In this document: piece after piece, positions 19,087 through 27,645 of the stretch
How positions within the stretch are numbered: the stretch's first letter is position 1
Layout: each line of letters begins with the position of its first letter
Source of the DNA: a bacterium
GTDB lineage: Bacteria > Eisenbacteria > RBG-16-71-46
Reading direction: 5' to 3'
Assembly (NCBI GenBank): GCA_043779265.1
Contig: JAYWEM010000011.1
Span: 1-30,591, forward strand
Length of the DNA: 30,591 nucleotides
Made by a program: the position numbers and the translations under genes
Notes under the pieces: model-generated
Database searches by the model: none
The model's input: the letters and a program-made list of their open reading frames with translations, nothing else
What the model was told of the DNA's origin: nothing

Positions 19087-19689
19087 ATGCACCGCCATCG
19101 GAAGTCGCTGCTTCGGACGTTGATCGCCCTCTCGGCTCTCACTCTGTGGGGTTGCTCGACCTCGACGCTCTCCATCCCCACGGCGCCCGAGAGTCTCGAA
19201 CGCTCCTCCGTCGCCAAGTGGGCTCCCGAGAGTGAGGGGATCCGCGCGGATACCACCCAGGGCCAGACCTCGACCACGCTGCCCACGCCTCGCGATACCG
19301 TCATCTCGGTGATCAGACCGGTCGCCGGAGAGCTGGGTGCGGTCCTCCAGGCGGGCTGTCTGCAGCTGCGCATCCCGCCCGGCGCGATCGCGGGCGAGGC
19401 CACGATCGAGATGAAGGTGCGTCCCAATGGGCGCGGTGTGGAACTCCACATCTACCCCGAGTCGCTCAACAACTTCCTCATCCCGATCGAGCTCCGCACC
19501 GACCTGAGCGCCATGCCCACCTCGGCGCGCACGAACGCCGGCTGGTTCTTCGTCGATGAGGGGACCGGGGATTGGCTCCTGCTGCCCGAATCGAGTGTGG
19601 ACCCGGTGACCGGGGTGCTCAGCGCGCCGCTCCATCACTTCTCGAAGTACGAAGTCGGCAATCGCAACCTGGGCAAGGCCGGATGGTGA
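19087..19689 (+). CDS. Hypothetical lipoprotein with ZU5-like beta domain and C-terminal HFS motif
   Basis: SD GGAG; signal MHRHRKSLLRTLIALSALTLWGC; S/T/P-rich linker; LQLRIPPGAI...F..PIEL...W...LHHFSKY pattern resembling ZU5-type domains. Domain call is by eye. Confidence 0.7.
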   Translation: MHRHRKSLLRTLIALSALTLWGCSTSTLSIPTAPESLERSSVAKWAPESEGIRADTTQGQTSTTLPTPRDTVISVIRPVAGELGAVLQAGCLQLRIPPGAIAGEATIEMKVRPNGRGVELHIYPESLNNFLIPIELRTDLSAMPTSARTNAGWFFVDEGTGDWLLLPESSVDPVTGVLSAPLHHFSKYEVGNRNLGKAGW

Positions 19690-19873
19690 ACCCGCGCGAG
19701 GCAGGTCCTCGCTCGTCCTGAAGAGGGACACTCCCCACACGCGCTCCGGGACCTGCCTCCCGGGGCGCGTCGTGCGTCCCCTTGATCGAGCCGCCACGCT
19801 CTCACAGGCGTCCAGACGTGGTCCAGTCGCTTGTGCGCGCTCGCGTTCGCCGCACGTTTGCACCTTGCTTCAC

Positions 19874-19903
19874 TTGACACACTGCGGACCGCGCATCTAG
19901 GTT
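19874..19903 (+). promoter_or_regulatory. Putative sigma70 promoter of the act operon
   Basis: Perfect TTGACA(19874-19879), 18 nt, TAGGTT(19898-19903); ATG of actA 10 nt downstream, no SD. Confidence 0.6.
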
Positions 19904-19913
19904 GCCGCCCGTC

Positions 19914-20462
19914 ATGAAGACAAGGATAGCTGCTCTCATTGCGCTCACGACGATCGCCATGGCGGCCGTCGCGCTCTCCCAGTCCTACAAGTCCACGCGC
20001 AGCGTGGCTGTCGAGCTCGGGATGAAGAAAGCTCCTGTGCAGCCGATCGCGTACAGCCATGAGCTGCACGCCGGTCAGCTCCAGATGGACTGCAAGTACT
20101 GCCACTACAGCACCACCAAGTCGAAGTGGGCGAACATCCCCGCGGTCAGTACGTGCATGGGCTGTCACGCGTTCGTCGCGACGGACAAACCCGAGATCCA
20201 GAAGCTCGCGGGCTTCTTCGAGCGCGGCGAGCAGGTGCCGTGGGTCAAGGTGCACGAGATGCCCGACCACGTGAAGTTCAACCACAAGCGTCACGTGCTC
20301 GCCGGCGTCGAATGCCAGACCTGCCACGGGCCGATCGAGACCATGCCGGTCGTGTATCAGTACAGCTCGCTCAAGATGGGCTGGTGCATCGACTGCCACC
20401 GCAGCAATCTCGACCATCCGACGCATCCGACCAGCATGGACTGCCTGATCTGTCACCACTAG
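19914..20462 (+). CDS. actA: Alternative complex III pentaheme cytochrome c subunit
   Basis: N-terminal hydrophobic anchor; PVQPIAYSHELHAG; five CxxCH motifs (CKYCH, CMGCH, CQTCH, CIDCH, CLICH); PDHVKFNH; LKMGWC. Confidence 0.92.
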   Translation: MKTRIAALIALTTIAMAAVALSQSYKSTRSVAVELGMKKAPVQPIAYSHELHAGQLQMDCKYCHYSTTKSKWANIPAVSTCMGCHAFVATDKPEIQKLAGFFERGEQVPWVKVHEMPDHVKFNHKRHVLAGVECQTCHGPIETMPVVYQYSSLKMGWCIDCHRSNLDHPTHPTSMDCLICHH

Positions 20463-20470
20463 AGGAGCGC

Positions 20471-23400
20471 ATGTCGGAGCCGAACGTCTTCCCACGTCGC
20501 GATTTCCTCAAGCTCGTCGGCCTCGGTGTCGCCGGCGCGGCCGCCGGCTGCGCCAAGCCGCCCGCCGATAAGCTGCTGCCGTACCTGGTCGCCCCCGAGT
20601 CGATCCTCCCGGGCGTCGCGTACTGGTACAAGAGCACCTGCCGCGAATGTCCGGCCGGCTGCGGCGTGAAGGTGAAGGCGCGCGAGGGCCGCGCGATCAA
20701 GATCGAAGGGGACCCCGATTCGCCGATCAGTCGTGGCGGACTGTGCCCCCGTGGGCAGGCGGCGCTGCAGGGGCTCTACGATCCCGATCGCATCCAGTCG
20801 CCGATGGTCCGCGAGGGCGATGCGTGGAAGACGATCACCTGGGATGAGGCCATCGCTCTCGTGTCCGAGAAGCTCGGCGCGGCGAGCGGCTCCGTTGTGG
20901 CGCTGACCGGATTCGAGTCCGGTTCGCAGCGCGCACTGTCTGCTGGCTTCGCCGGCTTGTTGGGCGGTCGCCACGTGATGTGGGAGCCGTTCGGCTATGA
21001 AGCCGTTCGCGCTGCAGCCAAGCGCACGTTCGGGATCGATGCGGTGCCCGAGTACGACCTCGCGGCCGCCCGCTGCATCGTGTCGTTCGGCACCGACTTC
21101 CTCGAGACGTTCGCCGAGCCGACCGCGCAGGCGCGCGGGTTCGCCGCGATGCGCTCCAAGCGCGACGATGGTTTCGGCCACTTCATCGCCGTCGAACCGC
21201 GACTGTCATTGACGGGCGCGAACGCCGACGAGTGGGTGGCGGTCAAGCCGGGTGGCGAGATGGCACTGGCGCTCGGCATGGCCCACGTCATCGTCGCCGA
21301 GGGCCTCGGGCCCGCAGCCGATCGCGGTGCACTGGCCTCGGCGGTGAGCGCGTTCACGCCCGAGCAGGTCGCGGCTCAGACCGACGTCCCGGCCGAGAGC
21401 ATCCAGCGCCTCGCGCGCATGTTCGCCAAGCAGTCGCCGAGTCTCGCGATCGCCGGCGGCATCGCGGCACAGGGTTCGCAGGCGACCGCACTCGTCGCCG
21501 CGGTGCATCTGCTGAATCACGCGGCCGGCAACGTCGGACGCACGCTCAAGTTCGAGCGGACACTCGACTACAGCGGTCTCGCCAGTTTCGCGCAGCTCGG
21601 TGACCTCGTCGCCTCGATGAGCTCCGGTCAGGTGGGTGCGCTCGTCGTGAACGGTGCGAACCCCGTACACGCGACGCCCGCGTGGCTCGCTGTCGCCGAT
21701 GCCATGGGCAAGGTGCCGTTCAAGGTGGCTCTCGCGACGTCGCTCGATGAGACCGCGGCGCTGTGCGATGTCGTGCTTCCCGTCAGCCACGCGATCGAGT
21801 GCTTCGGTGATGCCGATCACGTTCGCGGCGTGTGGTCGCTGCAGCAGCCCGCGATGCGCGCGCTGCCGATGTTCGATGCCCGCCCGTCGGGTGACGCACT
21901 GATCGCGATCGCCAAGGGCGCCGGCAAGGCGTCGGACTGGCCGGACACGTTCCACGATTACCTCCGTTCGAGGTGGCAGTCGCAGTACGGGCGCTTCGGC
22001 GCCGGTCGTGACTTCGACACGTTCTGGAACGCGGCGCTCCAGTCGGGCGGTGTGCACGAGGCCGCCTCGGCGCAGTCCGTGCGCTGGTTGGGCGCCCCGT
22101 CTTTCGACGCTCCGGTGCGCATCGGCGAGGGCGACTTCGCGCTGGTGATCACGCCGTCGAACAACTTCTACGACGGTCGCGGAGCCAACAAGGGCTGGCT
22201 GCAGGAACTGCCCGACATGACCAGCAAGACGGTCTGGGGATCGTGGGTCGAGTTGCACCCCGAAACCGCCAAGGCGCTCGGCGTCTCGAATGGCGATGCC
22301 GTGAAGATCGAGACCGCAGCCGGTTCGGTCGAGGCGCCCGCCTATCTCTACGCCGGCATCCGCAAGGACACGGTCTCGATCGCGCTCGGCCAGGGCCATA
22401 CCGGCTATGGACGCTACGCGAAGGATCGCGGCGTCAACGCCTTCGCGCTCGTTCCGCAGTCGACCGACGCAGCTTCCGGCGCGCTCGCCTTCCAGTCGGC
22501 CAACGCCCGTCTGTCGCGCGGCACGGCGGCGATGCCGCTCTACGAGCAGCAGCACGAGAAGAATCAGCATGGCCGTGCGATCGCGCAGATCATCCCGGTC
22601 GCGGCCTTGATGGGCGGCGCGGCAACTGGCGGCGCGGCAACTGGCGGCGCGCATGGCGACACCGGACATGCCGCTCCGGATGCGCATGGTCACGAGGGCG
22701 CGGCGGCGGGCAAGCCCGCACGCGACTATCCGGGTCACTATCCGGCGGGCGAGGGCGTCCACCACGTGCACCCGTCGCAGACGCGCCCGGGCAAGTACAC
22801 CGAGCCGATGGCCCGTCCCGAGGACTACCGTGAGCCGGTGCACGCGATGTCGGCCTACGTCGGCAAGCATCAGGTCCGCAGCCCGCGGCGCAATCCTGTC
22901 GATCAGGGTGACTACAAGAACGCCAAGCACCGCTGGGCGATGTCGATCGACCTGAACACCTGCACCGGCTGTGGCGCCTGCGTCGTCGGCTGTAACGCCG
23001 AGAACAACATCCCGGTCGTTGGCCCCGAGCTCGTCAAGCGCGGGCGCGAGATGTCGTGGATCCGGATCGATCGCTTCGAGGAGAAGCTGGAGCCAGGCCA
23101 CAGCGACGTCCGCTTCGTGCCGATGATGTGTCAGCACTGTTCGGATGCGCCGTGCGAGATGGTGTGCCCGGTCTATGCCACGTATCACAATCCCGAGGGA
23201 CTGAACGCGCAGGTTTACAACCGCTGCGTCGGCACCCGGTATTGCTCGAACAACTGCCCGTACAAGGTGCGCTCGTTCAACTTCTTCGATTACTCGGCGC
23301 CCGAGAAGACCACGTTCGCGTTTCCGCAGCCGCTCCACTGGCAGCTGAATCCGGATGTGACGGTGCGCTCGAAGGGCGTCATGGAGAAGTGCACGATGTG

Positions 23401-23662
23401 CATCCAGCGCATCCTGGACGGCAAGGGGACGGCGAAGGACGAGTCGCGCGCGGTGCGTGACGGTGAGATCCAGACCGCCTGTTCACAGTCCTGTCCGACG
23501 CAGGCGATCACGTTCGGCGACCTCGCCGACCCCGAGAGCGCCGTGCACCTGAAGAGCTTCGGTGAGCGCAAGTACTGGGTGTTCGAGGAGCTCAACACCA
23601 AGCCGGGCGTCACGTACCTGCAGCGCATCCAGCGCGACACGATGAACGGGGGCCACGCGTGA
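20471..23662 (+). CDS. actB: Alternative complex III ActB: molybdopterin-oxidoreductase-like domain fused to Fe-S ferredoxin domain; Tat lipoprotein
   Basis: SD GAGGAG; Tat motif RRDFLK and lipobox AAGC; WLQELPD; Fe-S motifs CTGCGACVVGC, CQHCSDAPCEMVCP, CVGTRYCSNNCPY (3Fe-4S type), KCTMC, CSQSCP; NPDVTVRSKGVMEKC. Confidence 0.92.
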   Translation: MSEPNVFPRRDFLKLVGLGVAGAAAGCAKPPADKLLPYLVAPESILPGVAYWYKSTCRECPAGCGVKVKAREGRAIKIEGDPDSPISRGGLCPRGQAALQGLYDPDRIQSPMVREGDAWKTITWDEAIALVSEKLGAASGSVVALTGFESGSQRALSAGFAGLLGGRHVMWEPFGYEAVRAAAKRTFGIDAVPEYDLAAARCIVSFGTDFLETFAEPTAQARGFAAMRSKRDDGFGHFIAVEPRLSLTGANADEWVAVKPGGEMALALGMAHVIVAEGLGPAADRGALASAVSAFTPEQVAAQTDVPAESIQRLARMFAKQSPSLAIAGGIAAQGSQATALVAAVHLLNHAAGNVGRTLKFERTLDYSGLASFAQLGDLVASMSSGQVGALVVNGANPVHATPAWLAVADAMGKVPFKVALATSLDETAALCDVVLPVSHAIECFGDADHVRGVWSLQQPAMRALPMFDARPSGDALIAIAKGAGKASDWPDTFHDYLRSRWQSQYGRFGAGRDFDTFWNAALQSGGVHEAASAQSVRWLGAPSFDAPVRIGEGDFALVITPSNNFYDGRGANKGWLQELPDMTSKTVWGSWVELHPETAKALGVSNGDAVKIETAAGSVEAPAYLYAGIRKDTVSIALGQGHTGYGRYAKDRGVNAFALVPQSTDAASGALAFQSANARLSRGTAAMPLYEQQHEKNQHGRAIAQIIPVAALMGGAATGGAATGGAHGDTGHAAPDAHGHEGAAAGKPARDYPGHYPAGEGVHHVHPSQTRPGKYTEPMARPEDYREPVHAMSAYVGKHQVRSPRRNPVDQGDYKNAKHRWAMSIDLNTCTGCGACVVGCNAENNIPVVGPELVKRGREMSWIRIDRFEEKLEPGHSDVRFVPMMCQHCSDAPCEMVCPVYATYHNPEGLNAQVYNRCVGTRYCSNNCPYKVRSFNFFDYSAPEKTTFAFPQPLHWQLNPDVTVRSKGVMEKCTMCIQRILDGKGTAKDESRAVRDGEIQTACSQSCPTQAITFGDLADPESAVHLKSFGERKYWVFEELNTKPGVTYLQRIQRDTMNGGHA
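22613..22651 (+). repeat. 15-nt in-frame tandem repeat (2.6 copies) within actB
   Basis: GGCGGCGCGGCAACT twice plus GGCGGCGCG, encoding GGAAT-GGAAT-GGA. Confidence 0.9.
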
Positions 23663-25032
23663 GCGCCCCGAAGTCGAACGTCGCGGTGCTCGATCCGGCG
23701 GATCCGGAGAACAAGCCGATCACCCAGAAGTCGTTGAACGACGACGTCTTCAAGATGATCAGCAAGCCGGGCAAGCTGTGGTGGACGATCTTCCTCATCG
23801 ACCTGCTCATCCTCGGCATCGCGCTCGGATTCGTGCGCAACTTGATCGTCCACGGATGGGGCGTCTCGGGATTCAACCGGCCGGTCATGTGGGCCGTGGA
23901 CATCACCAACTTCGTCTTCTGGGTCGGCATCGCCCACTGCGGCACGCTGGTGTCCGCCGTGCTCTTCCTGTTCCGCTCCCACTTCCGCCGCGCGGTCTAC
24001 CGCGTCGCCGAGGCGATGACGGTGTTCGGGGTACTGACGGCTGCGATGTTCCCGGCCATCCACACCGGCCGTCCGTGGTTCGATTACTGGTTGTTCCCCT
24101 ATCCGAACCAGCGCCAGTTGTGGGTCAACTTCCGCTCCCCGCTCGAGTGGGACGTGTTCGCCGTCAACACCTACCTGACGGTCTCGAGCATCTTCTTCCT
24201 CGTCGGTCTCATCCCGGATGTCGCGGCGCTGCGTGACCGGACCAAGAATCCCATCGGCAAGCTGTTGACCACGGTGATCTCGTTCGGCTGGACCGGCGCG
24301 AACTACCAGTGGAAGCACTTCTACGGTGCCTACCTGTTCTTCGCCGCCCTCGCCACGCCACTCGTCTTCTCGGTGCACAGCGTCGTCTCGTGGGACTTCG
24401 CGATGGCCCAGACGCCGGGCTGGCACTCGACGCTGTTCGCGCCCTACTTCGTCGCCGGCGCGATCTTCTCCGGTGTCGCGATGGTCATCAATCTGCTGAT
24501 CCCGATCCGATCGGTGTTCAATCTCAAGCACATCGTGACGATGGATCACATGGAGAAGCTGGCCAAGCTCGTCCTGCTGACCTCCACCATGGTCGCCTAT
24601 TCGTACCTGACCGAGTTCTTCATGGCCTGGTACGGGCCGAGCAAGGCCGAGCGCGATGTGTTCGTGTTCCGCGCGTTCGGCCACTACTGGTGGGCGTTCT
24701 GGATCATGTTCTCGTGCAACGTGATCATCCCGTTGGCTCTGTGGTTCAAGCCCGTCCGGCGAAACATGCTCGCCATGTTCATTCTGTGCATCTTCGTGAA
24801 CATCGGCATGTGGTTCGAGCGATTCACGATCATCGTCACGTCGCTCACACGCTCGTTCAATCCGGCGAACTGGTTCTATTACAAGATGAGCATCACCGAA
24901 GTGGCACTCATCGTCGGATCCTTCGCCTGGTTCTTCATGTTCTTCCTCGTGTTCGTCCGCGCGCTCCCCGCGTTCTCGGTCGCCGAGATCAAGGAGACGC
25001 TGCCACCCCCGCGACGGAGGACGCACGGATGA
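23659..25032 (+). CDS. actC: Alternative complex III NrfD/PsrC-like quinol-binding membrane subunit
   Basis: ITNFVFWVGIAHCGTLVSA, AEAMT, HTGRPW, NFRSPLEWDVFAV, SVHSVVSWDF, PGWHST, GMWFERF; GTGA overlap with actB. Confidence 0.93.
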   Translation: MSAPKSNVAVLDPADPENKPITQKSLNDDVFKMISKPGKLWWTIFLIDLLILGIALGFVRNLIVHGWGVSGFNRPVMWAVDITNFVFWVGIAHCGTLVSAVLFLFRSHFRRAVYRVAEAMTVFGVLTAAMFPAIHTGRPWFDYWLFPYPNQRQLWVNFRSPLEWDVFAVNTYLTVSSIFFLVGLIPDVAALRDRTKNPIGKLLTTVISFGWTGANYQWKHFYGAYLFFAALATPLVFSVHSVVSWDFAMAQTPGWHSTLFAPYFVAGAIFSGVAMVINLLIPIRSVFNLKHIVTMDHMEKLAKLVLLTSTMVAYSYLTEFFMAWYGPSKAERDVFVFRAFGHYWWAFWIMFSCNVIIPLALWFKPVRRNMLAMFILCIFVNIGMWFERFTIIVTSLTRSFNPANWFYYKMSITEVALIVGSFAWFFMFFLVFVRALPAFSVAEIKETLPPPRRRTHG

Positions 25033-25577
25033 TCGACAAACTGCTGGCGCCACTCCTGAATCCCAAGCCGCCCAAGTTCCATGGCGTCATGGGCATCTAC
25101 TACTTCGTCGATGATGCGGCGAGTTCGGTCACGGCGCTCCGCAAGGCGGGGCACACGCGCCTCACCGTGTTCTCGCCGGTGCCGCACCACGACATCGAGC
25201 ATGCGCTCGAGCAGGGGCCATCGCTTGTGCGCTGGATCACGCTGGTCGGCGGCATCCTCGGTTGCATCGGTGGCTTCGCGCTGTGCATCTACACGGTGCA
25301 GGCATGGCCACTGGTCATCGGCGGCAAGGAGTTGGTCTCGATCCCCGGCTTCGTCGTGATCGGATACGAGTCGATGATCCTGATCGCCGGTCTCAGCAAC
25401 CTGCTCGGCATGCTGGCGCTGGCTCGACTGCCGCAGATCAAAGCCGTTGCGCCCTACGATCCGCGTTTCCAGGAGGACCGCATCGGCATCTGGGTGCCGT
25501 GTGCCCCGGATGTCGCGCCGCGCGTCGCCGAGATGTTGAAGGGCCACGAGGCCGAGGAGGTCCAGGTCCATGCCTAG
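25029..25577 (+). CDS. actD: Alternative complex III subunit D (DUF3341-like)
   Basis: FSPVPHH, two TM helices, WPLVIGGK, YE..IL, YDPRF..DRIG; ATGA overlap with actC at 25029. Confidence 0.88.
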   Translation: MIDKLLAPLLNPKPPKFHGVMGIYYFVDDAASSVTALRKAGHTRLTVFSPVPHHDIEHALEQGPSLVRWITLVGGILGCIGGFALCIYTVQAWPLVIGGKELVSIPGFVVIGYESMILIAGLSNLLGMLALARLPQIKAVAPYDPRFQEDRIGIWVPCAPDVAPRVAEMLKGHEAEEVQVHA

Positions 25578-26136
25578 ATGGTTCCTCGTCGGACTTCTCG
25601 CTCTGTGGTCGGCCTCGTTCGAGCAGGGCTGCAAGGACGCCCAGCGCTCCCTGACTCACTTCGAGTACTACCCGATCCGCGACATGCGCCGCAGCATCGT
25701 GCTCGACCCGCAGCAGGTCGACCCGGTCACCGGTCTGCCGACCAATGCGCGCGGGCCCGATTCGCTCTCGGTCCCCACGATCGGTCGAGATGTCTACTTC
25801 GCCGATCCGGCCCCCTATGAGATCGCGGGCGCCAAGCTGAAGAACCCGATCGCGACGAGCGCGGGCTCCGTCGCGCGTGGCGACTCGCTCTTCCGGACGA
25901 TCTGCTCCACTTGTCACGGTAGCTCGATGGCGGGGGATGGCCCGGTCGCGGCCAAGTTCATCCCGCCGCCCGACCTGCTCGCGGAGAACTCGCGCGGTCG
26001 CACGGACGGTTTCATCTACATGTACATCCGTCACGGCGGCGCGATCATGCCGTCCTACGGCAACGCGACGACACAGCAGGATGGCTGGGACCTCGTGAAC
26101 TACATCCGCCACATGCAGAAGACGAGTCCGCGATGA
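25570..26136 (+). CDS. actE: Alternative complex III monoheme cytochrome c subunit
   Basis: Probable lipoprotein signal ending GC; DM motif; KNPI...RG..LF...CSTCHG; I.HGGAIMPSYG; W.LVNYIR. Confidence 0.88.
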   Translation: MPRWFLVGLLALWSASFEQGCKDAQRSLTHFEYYPIRDMRRSIVLDPQQVDPVTGLPTNARGPDSLSVPTIGRDVYFADPAPYEIAGAKLKNPIATSAGSVARGDSLFRTICSTCHGSSMAGDGPVAAKFIPPPDLLAENSRGRTDGFIYMYIRHGGAIMPSYGNATTQQDGWDLVNYIRHMQKTSPR

Positions 26137-27389
26137 GTCACGAGGCGATTCTCCGCGACATCGCGAGCAAGCTGCCCGTCACGCCGAACGTTCGGAAGCG
26201 TCAGATCTGGATGGCCTGCCTGGCCATCGGCATCGCGGCGTTCGCGTTCCTGCTGTTCACCAATCCGCTGCGGGCCTGGGGTGCGTGGGCGATCAACACG
26301 CTCTACTTCCTCGGCATCTCGATGGCGGGTATCGCCATCGCCTCCGCCATCCGGTTGTCCAATGGGCGCTGGGGTGGGCCGATCATGCGCATCGGCGAGT
26401 CGCTCGCGTCGTATCTGCCGGCGGGCATCGCCACCATGGCGGTCCTGTTGATCGCCGGCATCTGGACCTATCTGCCGTGGACCACGCATGTCGAGCCGAG
26501 GCAGGCGGCATTCCTCAATGTGCCGTTCCTGTTCATCCGAACGCTCGGCGGGCTCGCGCTGTTCTGGTGGCTGTCGCGCAAGCTGGTCCGGGTCTCACTG
26601 CGTCGTGATCTCCATCTGCTCAAGCCCTACGTGGCCGACTCGCTCAAGGCCGACTACGAGCGCATCGCCGGGGGATGGAAGGGCGACGAGGCCGAGGCGG
26701 CGTCCTACCGGCACGAGACGGCGCATCTGTCGCCGCAGCTCGCACTGCTGTTCGTCGCGCTGTTCACCGTGTTCGGTTGGGACTTCATCATGGCGCTGAC
26801 CCCCAACTGGGTGAGCGGCCTGTTCGGCTGGTGGATCTACGCGGGTGCATTCATCAGCGGCATCGCCGTGATGGCGTTCCTCGCGACCCAGCTGCGCACC
26901 AAGTACCGGCTCGAGGCTTACATCACGTCGAACATGTTCTGGGATTGCGGCAAGATCCTGTTCGCATGGTGCATCTTCTGGGCCTATCTCTTCTGGTCGC
27001 AGTACTTGCCCATCTGGTACGCGAACATGCCGGAGGAGACGTGGTGGGTGTTCCTGCGCTTCGAGGAACCGTGGCGGGGGCTCGGATTCCTGGCCTTCAG
27101 CCTGATCTTCGTGATCCCGTTCTTCGGGATGCTCAACAAGACGTCGAAGACCCATCCGCTGCTGTTGATGACGTTCTCGCTCATCGTGCTGGTCGGGATC
27201 TGGGTCGAGCGCCACGTGCTGGTGATGCCGTCGCTCAATCCCGACATCGTCTGGGTGGGGCTGCCGGAGATCGGTGTCACACTGGGCTTCCTCGGTCTGT
27301 TCGGATGGCAGGTGCAGGGCTTCCTGACCAAGTACCCGTGCGTGAAGGTGGTCGACGCGTTAGAGGCGCCCGGAGGCCACGGGCACTGA
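26133..27389 (+). CDS. actF: Alternative complex III membrane subunit F
   Basis: Many TM segments; FGWDFIMALTPNWVSGLFG; D.GKILFA...FWAYLFWSQYLPIWYANMPEET; ATGA overlap with actE. Confidence 0.9.
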   Translation: MSHEAILRDIASKLPVTPNVRKRQIWMACLAIGIAAFAFLLFTNPLRAWGAWAINTLYFLGISMAGIAIASAIRLSNGRWGGPIMRIGESLASYLPAGIATMAVLLIAGIWTYLPWTTHVEPRQAAFLNVPFLFIRTLGGLALFWWLSRKLVRVSLRRDLHLLKPYVADSLKADYERIAGGWKGDEAEAASYRHETAHLSPQLALLFVALFTVFGWDFIMALTPNWVSGLFGWWIYAGAFISGIAVMAFLATQLRTKYRLEAYITSNMFWDCGKILFAWCIFWAYLFWSQYLPIWYANMPEETWWVFLRFEEPWRGLGFLAFSLIFVIPFFGMLNKTSKTHPLLLMTFSLIVLVGIWVERHVLVMPSLNPDIVWVGLPEIGVTLGFLGLFGWQVQGFLTKYPCVKVVDALEAPGGHGH

Positions 27390-27404
27390 GCTTCGATTGC
27401 TCCC

Positions 27405-27446
27405 GAGGCGCCCGGGCACTCCCTCCGAGGAGCGTCCGGGCGTCTC
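27405..27446 (+). terminator. Long hairpin between actF and the tRNA (terminator or processing signal)
   Basis: GAGGCGCCCGGGCACTCC pairs with GGAGCGTCCGGGCGTCTC (17 of 18 pairs, including 2 G-U), 6-nt loop, followed by weak TGCTT. Confidence 0.55.
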
Positions 27447-27464
27447 TGCTTGGGGATGGCCTGT

Positions 27465-27551
27465 GCCGGGATGGCGGAATGGTCAGACGCAGCGGACTTA
27501 AAATCCGCTGGGCGCAAGCCCGTGCAGGTTCGAGTCCTGCTCCCGGTACCA
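27465..27551 (+). tRNA. tRNA-Leu (anticodon TAA)
   Basis: Acceptor stem GCCGGGA/TCCCGGT, discriminator A and encoded CCA; D arm GGCGGAATGGTCAGACGC; anticodon stem GCGGA-CTTAAAA-TCCGC; long variable arm GGGC-GCAA-GCCC; T arm GCAGG-TTCGAGT-CCTGC. Confidence 0.97.
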
Positions 27552-27645
27552 ACCCCAGGCGCCTGACGGATCGAGCCGCCGCTCGTCGGAGGCGGAGCGT
27601 CGGCCGATACCTCGATCGGGGCGATCCCCCGGGGAGGAGCGACGC

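Noticed and set aside
20126..20470. Extended ActB ORF overlapping actA, suggesting an ActA-ActB fusion
   Set aside because: Different frame from the heme motifs; actA has its own TAG stop, and actB has an SD, ATG 20471 and an immediate Tat signal.
16173..23662. moeB proximity as evidence that ActB binds a molybdenum cofactor
   Set aside because: MoeZ-type enzymes serve several sulfur pathways, no other Moco genes are present, and no Mo-ligand residue could be identified in ActB by eye.
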